The notes beneath the pieces were generated by a model. It had not been told where the DNA came from, ran no database searches, and saw only the letters and a program-made list of their open reading frames with translations. From an uncultured Aestuariivirga sp. (GTDB lineage: Bacteria; Pseudomonadota; Alphaproteobacteria; Rhizobiales; Aestuariivirgaceae), in NCBI GenBank assembly GCA_964247245.1, contig CAXTTK010000013.1, forward strand, positions 17,905 through 81,904: a DNA stretch of 64,000 nt, read 5' to 3'. Numbering within the stretch: the first letter of the stretch is position 1; each line of letters starts with the position of its first letter. Below, piece by piece: positions 1 through 9,141 of the stretch. The position numbers and the translations under genes are program-made.

Positions 1-168
1 CGCCCATGAAGCGCTTTTCGGCCGTTTCGGGTGCATCATAAACGAAGCCGGAATTCAGGAACAGAGCCTCGGAAGTTTCGCCAAAAGGCGTGCGCTCTAA
101 TCCGCCGCGCACCAATTTGGTCGCATCACCCCAGCCGGGAGCATTCTTAGTGCGAGTCTTTTTAGTCA
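1..168 (-). CDS. metZ: O-succinylhomoserine sulfhydrylase / Cys-Met-metabolism PLP enzyme, N-terminal fragment running off the window
   Basis: Hand translation of the minus strand from the ATG at 168 gives MTKKTRTKNAPGWGDATKLVRGGLERTPFGETSEALFLNSGFVYDAPETAEKRFMG, a typical MetZ/MetB-family N-terminus. It is absent from the ORF track because there is no stop in the window. Confidence 0.55.
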
Positions 169-570
169 TCAGCTTTGAACCCAAGGAAGGCCAGCGGCTT
201 TCCAGCCATTTGTTTGAGCACGGTGGCCATCGGCGTCTTTATCGCCCTCAAAACCTTGAGCGATGTTCCAGCAATTGACGTATCCGGCAGCAGATAAAGC
301 GTTGGCGGCGGAAGCTGAGCGCGCACCAGAACGGCAGAGGCATAAAATTTCAGCATCTTTCGGAAGGCCCATGGCTTGCACTTCTTCTACAAAGCGAGCG
401 TTCACTTCCATCGTTGGGTAAACCTGCCATGAAAGGCGAACCAAACGGTCAACCATCGGCACGCCCACAAAGGTCCATTCCGGCTGAGTGCGCACATCAA
501 TGAGCACGGCAGCTGAATTGCCTTTTAAGCGCTGATGCGCTTCGGTTGGTGGAATATCGCCTTGATGCAT
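169..570 (-). CDS. Rhodanese-domain sulfurtransferase
   Basis: 133-aa ORF with the rhodanese active-site loop CRSGARS. Confidence 0.8.
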   Translation of the reverse strand: MHQGDIPPTEAHQRLKGNSAAVLIDVRTQPEWTFVGVPMVDRLVRLSWQVYPTMEVNARFVEEVQAMGLPKDAEILCLCRSGARSASAANALSAAGYVNCWNIAQGFEGDKDADGHRAQTNGWKAAGLPWVQS

Positions 571-759
571 TTTTGAACCCCTGATTTACATTGCACCTTA
601 GCGAACCGCAGCAACAGTCGCAAAGGAAAATGATGAGCATAAACGTTGATATTATCGGCGTGAGTTTCTGGCCTAGGGAGGTGAATGAACTGGCGCTTTC
701 AAGTTAAACAATTGGCCTGCTAAGGTTTAATCAGTAGAATCTTTCGAGGAGCTAAAAGA

Positions 760-3219
760 ATGTCGAAACCACTTCCAAAACAAGCTGACGTTGTGATTAT
801 CGGTGGTGGTATTGTGGGTTGTTCGATTGCTTATCACTTAACCAAGATCGGCATCACCAATGTGGTGGTTTTGGAACGCAAACAATTAACTTCAGGAACC
901 ACTTGGCATGCGGCCGGGTTGGTGGGGCAGCTTCGCGCGTCTCGTAACCTGACGGAGCTAGCGAAATATACGGCAGGCCTTTTTGAAGGACTTGAAAAAG
1001 AAACGGGCCAAGCCACTGGCTTTAAACAAAATGGTTCGATCTCGATTGCGCTCACCGAAGGCCGCATGGAAGAGCTGTTGCGCGGCGCCTCTATGGCCAA
1101 GAATTTTGGGCTGGCTGTTGATGTGATCTCACCTGAGGAAATTGGCAAGCGCGTTCCGCATTACAATTTGGACGGCGTTAAAGGCGGCGTGTTTCTGCCG
1201 AAAGACGGTCAAGTTAATCCCATTGATGTGACTCAAGCCTTGGCAGCAGGCGCGCGCAGCCGGGGTGCGCAAGTTTTTGAGAATGTGAAAGTAACGCGCA
1301 TCTTAACAGCCAAGGGTGCAGCGACGGGCGTTGAGACAGCTGATGGCACGATTATGGCCGACAAGGTTGTGATGGCCACAGGCATGTGGTCGAGGGAGTT
1401 GGGCCGCTCGATCGGTGTGAACATTCCGCTTCACGCTTGCGAGCATTTTTATATCGTGTCGGAACCGATTGCAGAGTTGCCACGCAATATGCCCGTGGTG
1501 CGCGTTCCCGATGAATGCACATACTACAAGGAAGATGCGGGAAAGTTGATGGTGGGCGCGTTTGAGCCCGTGGCCAAGCCTTGGGGTGGTGGCGGCATTG
1601 ATGACGAGCACGCTTTCGTCACACTGCCTGAAGACATGGATCACTTTGAACCCATCTTGGCAAATGCGATCAACCGCGTGCCGCTTTTAGAAACAGCTGG
1701 TATTCAATTGTTCTTCAACGGGCCTGAAAGCTTTACGCCTGACAATCGTTATTATCTAGGCGAAGCGCCCGAGGTGAAGAACCTGTTTGTGGCCACTGGG
1801 TTTAACTCAATCGGCATTCAATCTTCTGGCGGTGCGGGCTTGATGTTGGCCGATTGGATCAAGAACGGCCATGCACCTGTGGATTTGAACGGCATAGATG
1901 TGCGCCGCATTCATCCGTTCCAGTCCAACACCAATTATGTGCGCGACCGCGTGACTGAAACGCTAGGCCTGCTCTACGCAATGCATTGGCCCTACCGCCA
2001 GGCTGAGACTGCGCGAGGGGTCAGGCGCTCACCATTTCATCAGTATACGGATAAATTGGGTGCGGTGTTTGGAGAGGTGAATGGCTGGGAACGGCCAAAC
2101 TGGTATGCGCGCGGTGGCGTGAAGCGCGAATATGAATATTCATATGGCCGCCAAAATTGGTTCGCCTGTGCTGATTATGAAGCCAAGGCGTTGATGAACG
2201 ACGTGGTGTTCTTCGATCAATCCTCATTCGCGAAATTCGAAGTGGCGGGCCGCGATTCTTGCAGGGTGCTAAATTATATTAGCGCCAATAATGTGGATGT
2301 TGAGCCAGGCAAGATTGTTTACACCCAATGGACGAACGAGCGCGGCGGCATTGAGGCCGACTTGACGGTGACGCGCTTGGCGGAAGACAAATTCTTGGTT
2401 GTCACAGGTGCAGTGCCACAAACCCGCGACATGGCTTGGCTGAGGAAACACACGCCCGAAAATGCACATTGCATTTCAACAGATGTGACATCTGGCCTGC
2501 CAATGCTTTCAATCATGGGGCCTAAATCGCGTGCTTTGCTGCAGAAAGTATCTGGCGCTGATTTATCGAACGCTGCGTTCCCGTTTGGCACGTCGAAAGA
2601 AATTGAAATTGGTTATGCCCGCGTTCGCGCCAGCCGAATTACTTATGTGGGTGAGTTGGGTTGGGAACTTTATGTGGCGGCAGAATTTGCCGCACATGTT
2701 TTTGAAACCGTCCAAGCTGCAGGTGCGGAATTCAACCTCACCCCTGCTGGCATGCACACCATGAATAATGCCCGCATGGAAAAAGCCTATCGCCACTGGG
2801 GCCATGATATGTCGGATGAGGAAACCGTTTTGGAAGCTTGTCTTGGTTTTGCTATCGCATGGGATAAGCCCGATGGGTTTATTGGGCGTGACGCATTGCT
2901 AAAGCAAAAAGCATTACCCGCGTTAACGAAGCGCTTGGTTTGCATTGCTCTGAACGATGACAGCGAAAAGGCACCGATGATTTATCACGAAGAACCGATC
3001 TATCGGAACGGCGTGAATGTTGGTTCAACCACATCTGGCGCGTGGGGCCACCGCGTGAACAAGTCATTGGGCCTCGGCTATGTTAAAAACAGTGATGGCG
3101 TGACCAAGGATTGGATTGAATCTGGCAAATGGGAAGTGGAATTAGCTTGGAAACGTTACGACGTAAAAGTTCAGCTTGGCAGCTTCTATGATCCGAAGGG
3201 CGAACGCATTAAGATGTGA
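760..3219 (+). CDS. FAD-dependent dimethylglycine/sarcosine dehydrogenase family protein (DAO domain + GcvT-like folate-binding domain)
   Basis: 819 aa. N-terminal dinucleotide-binding motif VVIIGGGIVGCS, long C-terminal aminomethyltransferase-like region, and RBS GAGGAG upstream. Confidence 0.85.
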   Translation: MSKPLPKQADVVIIGGGIVGCSIAYHLTKIGITNVVVLERKQLTSGTTWHAAGLVGQLRASRNLTELAKYTAGLFEGLEKETGQATGFKQNGSISIALTEGRMEELLRGASMAKNFGLAVDVISPEEIGKRVPHYNLDGVKGGVFLPKDGQVNPIDVTQALAAGARSRGAQVFENVKVTRILTAKGAATGVETADGTIMADKVVMATGMWSRELGRSIGVNIPLHACEHFYIVSEPIAELPRNMPVVRVPDECTYYKEDAGKLMVGAFEPVAKPWGGGGIDDEHAFVTLPEDMDHFEPILANAINRVPLLETAGIQLFFNGPESFTPDNRYYLGEAPEVKNLFVATGFNSIGIQSSGGAGLMLADWIKNGHAPVDLNGIDVRRIHPFQSNTNYVRDRVTETLGLLYAMHWPYRQAETARGVRRSPFHQYTDKLGAVFGEVNGWERPNWYARGGVKREYEYSYGRQNWFACADYEAKALMNDVVFFDQSSFAKFEVAGRDSCRVLNYISANNVDVEPGKIVYTQWTNERGGIEADLTVTRLAEDKFLVVTGAVPQTRDMAWLRKHTPENAHCISTDVTSGLPMLSIMGPKSRALLQKVSGADLSNAAFPFGTSKEIEIGYARVRASRITYVGELGWELYVAAEFAAHVFETVQAAGAEFNLTPAGMHTMNNARMEKAYRHWGHDMSDEETVLEACLGFAIAWDKPDGFIGRDALLKQKALPALTKRLVCIALNDDSEKAPMIYHEEPIYRNGVNVGSTTSGAWGHRVNKSLGLGYVKNSDGVTKDWIESGKWEVELAWKRYDVKVQLGSFYDPKGERIKM

Positions 3220-3224
3220 GCTCG

Positions 3225-3677
3225 TTACTTCGATAGATTCGGCCAATTCTTATCAGCTTGAACAATGTAACCCGGAATATCTTGTGACCACTTCTCTCTG
3301 ATGGCGGGCGACAAATTGATATAGAGCTTATCTTTAAAAACAGTCCAAGCTTCAGGGTCGCCCGGCGCAACAGCACCCTTGGCTGCGGCAAAGGCGCAAT
3401 AGCCACCATATTGCGGAGCATATTTTTCTGGGCTGGCCGCAAAGAGTTTCATGTTTGCAGCCGATGTGAAATACCAATCAACGCCGTTCCAATTAATTTT
3501 TTGAGATGGGTCGCCGGGCTTTGCGGCTTTTTCTGCAAAATAGGCCACGGCGTCATAACCACCGAGAGCGGCATCTTTGATATGGGTATCAAAGCCTGTG
3601 GCGGCACCCGCAAGACTTGGAGCGAAGCTCAGGAATGCCCCAGCGAGAAGCAAGTTTCTGCGATTGATCATGTTCAT
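3225..3677 (-). CDS. Exported YHS-domain protein
   Basis: Start trimmed to MNMINRRNLLL (Tat-like signal; GGAG RBS upstream). Motifs GGYDAVAYF and PQYGGYCAFA are typical of the YHS family. Confidence 0.65.
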   Translation of the reverse strand: MNMINRRNLLLAGAFLSFAPSLAGAATGFDTHIKDAALGGYDAVAYFAEKAAKPGDPSQKINWNGVDWYFTSAANMKLFAASPEKYAPQYGGYCAFAAAKGAVAPGDPEAWTVFKDKLYINLSPAIREKWSQDIPGYIVQADKNWPNLSK

Positions 3678-3846
3678 GGGCTTTCTCCGTTTTTTACAAT
3701 ATACACGGTGCTGTTCACACCTGCGACACACAATGGTTTGTACTATGATCACCTTGTGTTGATGGTGTTCGGAGTATTTGCATTTTGTTCTTTATTCCGA
3801 ACGATGGACGCACTATATTACAGAAGAACCACAAAAGGAGGCCCAT

Positions 3847-4503
3847 ATGGCATTGCAACTTGGTGATATTGCTCCAGATTTTGAAGCAGACACGACAGAA
3901 GGTCGTATTCATTTCTATGATTATATCGAAGGCTCTTGGGCGATGATCGTGTCGCACCCAAAGGATTTCACACCCGTTTGCACCACTGAGCTCGGCTCAA
4001 TGGCAACCTTGAAACCAGAATTTGACAAGCGCGGCGTGAAGATGATCGGCATTTCGGTTGATAGCGTGGATGACCATTTGCGTTGGAAGAGTGACATCAA
4101 GGATGTGACCGGTTCTGACGTAAACTATCCTATGATTGGCGACAGCGATCTGACCGTGGCCAAGCTTTACGGCATGATCCACCCCAACGCTTCTGGCAAC
4201 GCCAAGAGCCGCACGGCAGCCGATAACGCCACAGTGCGCAATGTGATGATCATCGGGCCGGACAAAAAGATCAAATTGATTTTGACTTATCCGATGAGCA
4301 CAGGCCGCAATTTTCATGAGATTTTACGCGTGATTGACTCGTTGCAATTGACGGCGACGAAATCTGTAGCGACGCCTGCGAATTGGAAACAAGGCGAGGA
4401 TGTGATCATTTTGGCGTCAGTTTCAGACGAAGCCGCAAAAGAAAAATTTCCTCAAGGTTGGAAGACGGTGAAGCCTTATTTGAGACTGGTGAAGCTGGGA
4501 TAA
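3847..4503 (+). CDS. 1-Cys peroxiredoxin (Prx6-like)
   Basis: MALQLGDIAPDF...HPKDFTPVCTTELG peroxidatic Cys motif. AAGGAGG RBS before the ATG at 3847. Confidence 0.85.
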   Translation: MALQLGDIAPDFEADTTEGRIHFYDYIEGSWAMIVSHPKDFTPVCTTELGSMATLKPEFDKRGVKMIGISVDSVDDHLRWKSDIKDVTGSDVNYPMIGDSDLTVAKLYGMIHPNASGNAKSRTAADNATVRNVMIIGPDKKIKLILTYPMSTGRNFHEILRVIDSLQLTATKSVATPANWKQGEDVIILASVSDEAAKEKFPQGWKTVKPYLRLVKLG

Positions 4504-4533
4504 ATTGTTCATCATCGCCATTTTCCACATTAG

Positions 4534-4619
4534 CCGTCACCCCTGCGAAGGCAGGGGCCCAGCTTTCTTAAATTTGTACGCGTAAACAAGCTGGATCCCT
4601 GCCTTCGCAGGGATGACGG
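4534..4619. repeat. REP-like extragenic palindrome pair (two inverted halves, each itself a GC hairpin)
   Basis: CCGTCACCCCTGCGAAGGCAGGGGCCCAGCTT (4534-4565) is the near-perfect reverse complement of AAGCTGGATCCCTGCCTTCGCAGGGATGACGG (4589-4619/20). The same family recurs at 10161, 33150 and 39250. Confidence 0.85.
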
Positions 4620-4659
4620 AATTAATGAGTAAAGATATTTAGATATAACAAAAGTAAAT

Positions 4660-6126
4660 CTACCACCAACTCTTCGCTGTAAACTTCCCCGCCGCTTGTT
4701 CAATCACATAAGCAGTCTGAAACAGCGTCTCTTCATCAAACGGTTTGCCGATTAACTGCAATCCTAGTGGCAAGCCTTCAGACGAAAGACCCGCAGGCAC
4801 AGCAATACCGGGTAGGCCCGCCATGTTCACCGTCACCGTAAAAATATCGTTCAGATACATCTGAACCGGATCAGTGATTTCACCGGGTGCGAAGGCGGCG
4901 CTTGGGGTGGCGGGTGTTAGCACCACATCAACCTTGGCCCAAGCCTTATCAAAATCCTGTTTAATCAGTGTACGGACTTTTTGGGCCTTCACATAATAGG
5001 CATCATAATAGCCAGCGGACAGCACATATGTGCCGATCATCACGCGGCGCTGCACTTCTTTGCCAAAGCCAGCGGCGCGGGTTTTTTCGTAGGTGTCAAT
5101 CAGGTCATCACCGGGCACGCGCAGGCCGTATCGCACACCGTCATAGCGGGCGAGGTTTGAGGAAGCCTCGGCGGGGGCAACAATGTAATAAGCGGGCAAT
5201 GCGTATTTTGTATGAGGCAGCGAGATTTCAACAATCTCAGCGCCCTGCTCTTTCAGCCACTGCGCGCCCTTATCCCAAACGGTATTGATTTCAGACGACA
5301 GACCATCTGGACGATATTCTTTGGGAATGCCAATGCGCAAACCCTTGATGGATTTGCCGATGGCTTTTTCATAGTCAGGCACGGGCAGATCAACAGAAGT
5401 CGTGTCTTTATCGTCTACCGACGCCATGGCTTTGAGCATGATGGCAGCGTCGCGAACATCACGCGTAATAGGGCCCGCTTGGTCCAGCGACGATGCAAAG
5501 GCGACTGTGCCCCAGCGCGAAACACGTCCGTAAGTTGGTTTGATGCCGACTGTGCCCGTGAAAGCAGCTGGCTGGCGGATGGAACCGCCTGTGTCGGTGG
5601 CCGTAGCTGCGGCGCAAATATGTGCAGCAACCGCAGTGGCTGAACCGCCGGACGAACCGCCCGGCACAAGCTGGGCGTTGGAGTTGTGCCGACGCCAAGG
5701 GTTTGTGACACCGCCGTAGTATGAGGTTTCATTTGATGACCCCATGGCAAATTCATCCATGTTGAGCTTGCCCAACATCACTGCTCCAGCATCCCACAAG
5801 TTCTGCGTGACGGTGGATTCATAGCCGGGTTTAAAACCGTCCAGGATATGGCTGCAAGCTTGAGTGTGAACGCCTTTGGTTGCGAACAAATCTTTGATGC
5901 CAAGCGGAATGCCTTCAAGCGCCCCGCCCTCGCCCTTGGCAAGCTTTGCATCGGAGGCTTTGGCCATGGCGCGGGCTTGATCAGGTGTTTCGGCAACATA
6001 AGCGTTCAAAATCTTGGCCTTCTCGATGGCCGCGATATAGGCTTCTGTCAGCTCAAGGGCCGAGAATTCGCGGGCCTTTAATTTGGCGCGAGCTTCAGCA
6101 ATGGTGAGATTTGTGAGGTTGGTCAT
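4660..6126 (-). CDS. gatA: Glutamyl-tRNA(Gln) amidotransferase subunit A
   Basis: 488 aa with the amidase signature GGSSGGSA. 4-nt overlap with gatC upstream. Confidence 0.95.
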   Translation of the reverse strand: MTNLTNLTIAEARAKLKAREFSALELTEAYIAAIEKAKILNAYVAETPDQARAMAKASDAKLAKGEGGALEGIPLGIKDLFATKGVHTQACSHILDGFKPGYESTVTQNLWDAGAVMLGKLNMDEFAMGSSNETSYYGGVTNPWRRHNSNAQLVPGGSSGGSATAVAAHICAAATATDTGGSIRQPAAFTGTVGIKPTYGRVSRWGTVAFASSLDQAGPITRDVRDAAIMLKAMASVDDKDTTSVDLPVPDYEKAIGKSIKGLRIGIPKEYRPDGLSSEINTVWDKGAQWLKEQGAEIVEISLPHTKYALPAYYIVAPAEASSNLARYDGVRYGLRVPGDDLIDTYEKTRAAGFGKEVQRRVMIGTYVLSAGYYDAYYVKAQKVRTLIKQDFDKAWAKVDVVLTPATPSAAFAPGEITDPVQMYLNDIFTVTVNMAGLPGIAVPAGLSSEGLPLGLQLIGKPFDEETLFQTAYVIEQAAGKFTAKSWW

Positions 6127-6410
6127 TCGACAACTTTCGGCACCATGAAGAAATCATCTTCACTGGCGGCTGCATTTTGGACAATCGCTTTGGGGTAATG
6201 ACCATCGGTCACCACATCTTTGCGCTTCTTCATATTTTGCTCGACCACGGAGGTCAGCGGTTCGACATTTTCCACATTAACTTCATTGAGTTGCTCAACA
6301 AAGTTAAGAATAACGTTCATCTCACCTGCAAGCTTGGGCAGATCAGAATCTGCCACTTTAATACGTGCCAAATGCGCCACGCGCCGCACCGTTTTTTCAT
6401 CGACTGACAT
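6123..6410 (-). CDS. gatC: Glutamyl-tRNA(Gln) amidotransferase subunit C
   Basis: 95 aa. Typical GatC N-terminus VAHLARI and coupled to gatA. Confidence 0.9.
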   Translation of the reverse strand: MSVDEKTVRRVAHLARIKVADSDLPKLAGEMNVILNFVEQLNEVNVENVEPLTSVVEQNMKKRKDVVTDGHYPKAIVQNAAASEDDFFMVPKVVE

Positions 6411-6450
6411 CGTCTATCCTTGATTTGATTGGCCGCTTCCTAGCAAGAGT

Positions 6451-7137
6451 CTAACGCAGCTGCAACTTGGCTTTCTCTACGCCATATTCATCAAAGTTTT
6501 CGGGCGCCAACCAAGCCTCGAACCCGGCACGGATGGCAGGCCATTCCTTGTCAATGATTGAGAACCAAGCTGTATCGCGATTGAAACCCTTGATAATATA
6601 GTGCTGACGGAAAATGCCTTCGAATGTAAAACCATAACGCAGCGCAGCACGGCGCGACGGCGCATTGAGCGCGTCGCATTTCCATTCCAGACGGCGCACA
6701 CCCAGTTCGTCAAAAGCATGACGCATCATAAGATAGAGCGATTCCGTTCCCTCCCGTGTGCGTTGGAGTGATGGTGCCAGCCAGATGCTGCCAATTTCGA
6801 TTACACCATTTGCCGGGTCTGCGCGCATAAACGCGCCCATGCCCATGGCCTTTTCAGATTGGCGATTGACCAGAGAATAAAACCACGGGTCACGCAACAC
6901 TTGGCGCTGTTTCAACCATTCTGTGAATATTTCCAAAGTTGGAAACGGCCCAAACGCCATATAAGTCCACATACCATCATCAGCGTTGGCACCGCTGATC
7001 GATTGATAGAGGGAGGCCACATGGCGTTCGGCATCAAGCGGATCAAGCCGCATCCAGCGCCCCGCAATGGGGCTGAGATCTGGCAATGTGCCGGGGGGCA
7101 GCGGATTAACAATGGGGCCGACGGGATTTTTGCTCAT
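6451..7137 (-). CDS. GNAT-family N-acetyltransferase
   Basis: 228 aa with a RimJ/L-like acetyltransferase core (RRLEWKCDALNAPSRRAALRYGF). Confidence 0.75.
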   Translation of the reverse strand: MSKNPVGPIVNPLPPGTLPDLSPIAGRWMRLDPLDAERHVASLYQSISGANADDGMWTYMAFGPFPTLEIFTEWLKQRQVLRDPWFYSLVNRQSEKAMGMGAFMRADPANGVIEIGSIWLAPSLQRTREGTESLYLMMRHAFDELGVRRLEWKCDALNAPSRRAALRYGFTFEGIFRQHYIIKGFNRDTAWFSIIDKEWPAIRAGFEAWLAPENFDEYGVEKAKLQLR

Positions 7138-7191
7138 CAGTGTTTCATAGTTCGAGTTATTTGCCAGGCCAAGAAAAAACGCTAAGACCAG

Positions 7192-7659
7192 ATGATGTCC
7201 ATTCTTCTCGACGCCGCCCTGCCCGCCATTGCGGCCCTGCCCTTAAATCAGCGCCTCATGGCCTTAGACCTTGGCACCAAAACCATCGGCGTGGCCACGG
7301 CAGATTACACGAGAGCGTTCGCCACCCCGCGCCACACCATTGAGCGCACCAAATTCACATCCGATGCGCAGTCTCTCATTAAGTTCGCCGCTGATGAAAA
7401 CATCGGCCTCATCGTGCTCGGCCTGCCGCTCAACATGGACGGCACCGAAGGCCCACGCTGCCAATCCACCAGAACCTTCGCCCGCAACTTCGGCAAACTC
7501 TCGCCGATGCCCATCATCTTCTGGGACGAACGCCTTTCAAGTTTTGAAGCAGATCAACAAATGATCGAAGCCGGACTGCGCCGCGACAAGCGCCAAGCCA
7601 ATATCGATAAGTTAGCTGCTGCAATTATATTGCAGAGTTTGTTGGATGCGTTGAGGTGA
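7192..7659 (+). CDS. ruvX: YqgF/RuvX putative pre-16S rRNA nuclease / Holliday junction resolvase-like
   Basis: 155 aa. Motifs LMALDLGTKTIGVA and VLGLPLNMDG. Confidence 0.85.
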   Translation: MMSILLDAALPAIAALPLNQRLMALDLGTKTIGVATADYTRAFATPRHTIERTKFTSDAQSLIKFAADENIGLIVLGLPLNMDGTEGPRCQSTRTFARNFGKLSPMPIIFWDERLSSFEADQQMIEAGLRRDKRQANIDKLAAAIILQSLLDALR

Positions 7660-7664
7660 AAAAG

Positions 7665-7829
7665 ATGAAGAAGCAATCTACTTCCGAAATCAAAGCCGCA
7701 TCACGTACGGATGCGGAAAGACACAGCTTCAATACCACCGAACTCTCGGCGGAAAAAATCAAGGCCGTTGCGGAAACCAAAATGGACAACCGCCACGATC
7801 ATCTCAATAAACTGTTTGAATTGAAATAG
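7665..7829 (+). CDS. Small hypothetical protein (54 aa), function unknown
   Basis: Hand-found ORF below the track cutoff, ATG at 7665 preceded by GAGGTG at 6-nt spacing. Sequence MKKQSTSEIKAASRTDAERHSFNTTELSAEKIKAVAETKMDNRHDHLNKLFELK, ending in TAG at 7827-7829. The same frame stays open for 47 more codons after the TAG. Confidence 0.3.
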   Translation: MKKQSTSEIKAASRTDAERHSFNTTELSAEKIKAVAETKMDNRHDHLNKLFELK

Positions 7830-7974
7830 GCTTTCACAAACCCAACGCCAGAGCGATATATTGTGTCAAACTACGCAGATATCTACCATGATGAATTTCG
7901 AGCAAAGCTAGAAGAATGTTACTGGGAGGGTACGAAGCATCAAGTGCAGAAGTGTGGATATTTTAAGAACTAAT

Positions 7975-8163
7975 TTAGTTCATTGACTGATGCGTTAGCT
8001 AAGTATATGGTTCCGCACACTCTTTACGTGTATATGAGTATGTACTCACGTCCGGCGTTTCGCTAGACGATTATTTTACTGCCTACTTTTATCGGCGGGA
8101 ATTAGTCTGAGCTTTCATTGGCTCAAATTTTCGCAAATAAAAGCTCAGACTAATTCCCACCTT
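7975..8163 (+). ncRNA. Candidate retron non-coding RNA (msr-msd) region; boundaries unresolved
   Basis: About 190 nt of non-coding, AT-rich, hairpin-rich DNA directly upstream of the effector-RT pair, which is the position expected for a retron ncRNA. Contains a TTAGC motif at 7994-7998, an imperfect hairpin at 8026-8051 and the perfect 19-bp hairpin at 8097-8158. No convincing a1/a2 pair was found by eye. Confidence 0.35.
8097..8158 (+). repeat. Perfect 19-bp inverted repeat with 24-nt loop (candidate msd stem or attenuator)
   Basis: GGGAATTAGTCTGAGCTTT (8097-8115) is the exact reverse complement of AAAGCTCAGACTAATTCCC (8140-8158). Two further pairs are possible after one mismatch. It ends 7 nt before the effector RBS GAGG. 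Confidence 0.9.
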
Positions 8164-9141
8164 TTGAGGTTTAGAGTGAAATTGAACGGATTGGCAGGAG
8201 AGTTCGTTAATGGACTTGAACTCTCCGGCTTTCGTTTAGGAAGGCCCAAGAAATTTATATTTCTGTGCGGTGGCGTGCTTGACAAGACAATTGCGAAACC
8301 ACCAGAAACGGCCAGAGAAGCATTTCTTAGAGAACTTCCAAATCGCGATATCTTTCATAATTATAACATAATTCTTGCGGAGGAGATTAACGCTTTCTAC
8401 CCTGATAGCCCTTATAGCAATACTAATCTGATTGATCTTGAAAAAGATATCGCCGAACTCTCCGATTCTGTTGTTCTTTTTTCTGAAGGTATTGGTTCGC
8501 TAGCGGAGCTTGGTGCATTTACTCAAATTCCTGAAATTGCGCTTCGGATGATTGTTATCATTCAGGAAATACACCACAATGCGAAATCATTTGTCCGTGA
8601 TGGTCCGATAAGAAAACTTGAACAATTAAGAAAGGACTCTGTACTTGTGTTCGACTGGAAAGTTGACACCAAAGTAGCGCCTTTTTTAGACCACTCCACT
8701 TTCAAACAAATATATTCTGACTTGTCGAAGTCAATTCTTGATCAACTCCAAGTATTTCCTGAGAAGGAAACAATAGAGCAAGTTAGTTTTGCACATAAGA
8801 CTTTTCTCGTATGCGCCTTGATCGATATCTGCGGAGCGTTGAAGTTCGAAGAAATTTCAACGAGTTTATCGACACTTGGACTGAATGTTGCTCAAGCAGA
8901 ATTGATGAGGATAATTTTTTGTGCAGAAAAGGTCGGCTGGATCAACGTACGAAAATATGGTCACACCAAATACTATTTTCCGAATTTTCACACTTCTGTT
9001 TGTGACTTTAAATACAATGCAAAAGCCAAACATCGTGATGCTGTAAGGTGGAAGGTTGATATACTAGAGTTTTGGAGCAACTCTGATAAATCTCGCTCCA
9101 AGCTCATATTGGAGAATGTTCGCAGAGAGTCAAAAACATGA
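8164..9141 (+). CDS. Retron effector candidate: nucleoside 2-deoxyribosyltransferase-like N-terminal domain + probable winged-helix C-terminal domain (St85/Sen2 RcaT-like architecture)
   Basis: 325-aa ORF from TTG 8164. The more likely start is GTG 8176, which follows GAGG at 6-nt spacing. Motifs FIFLCGG and SEGIGSLAELGAF (nt 8482-8520) resemble the NDT-family D/E-x-G-T-x-x-E-x-G core. The stop overlaps the RT ATG (ATGA at 9138-9141). AT-rich. Confidence 0.65.
   Translation: MRFRVKLNGLAGEFVNGLELSGFRLGRPKKFIFLCGGVLDKTIAKPPETAREAFLRELPNRDIFHNYNIILAEEINAFYPDSPYSNTNLIDLEKDIAELSDSVVLFSEGIGSLAELGAFTQIPEIALRMIVIIQEIHHNAKSFVRDGPIRKLEQLRKDSVLVFDWKVDTKVAPFLDHSTFKQIYSDLSKSILDQLQVFPEKETIEQVSFAHKTFLVCALIDICGALKFEEISTSLSTLGLNVAQAELMRIIFCAEKVGWINVRKYGHTKYYFPNFHTSVCDFKYNAKAKHRDAVRWKVDILEFWSNSDKSRSKLILENVRRESKT

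Noticed and set aside
3411-3866. A 151-aa plus-strand ORF spanning the YHS gene and the peroxiredoxin leader.
   Set aside because: It is antisense to a motif-supported gene and has no motifs of its own.
8097-8158. The 19-bp hairpin could be an ordinary rho-independent terminator.
   Set aside because: A 24-nt loop and a short TTTT displaced by 3-4 nt from the stem are atypical for a terminator. It also sits inside the AT-rich island immediately before the effector RBS. An attenuator role cannot be excluded.
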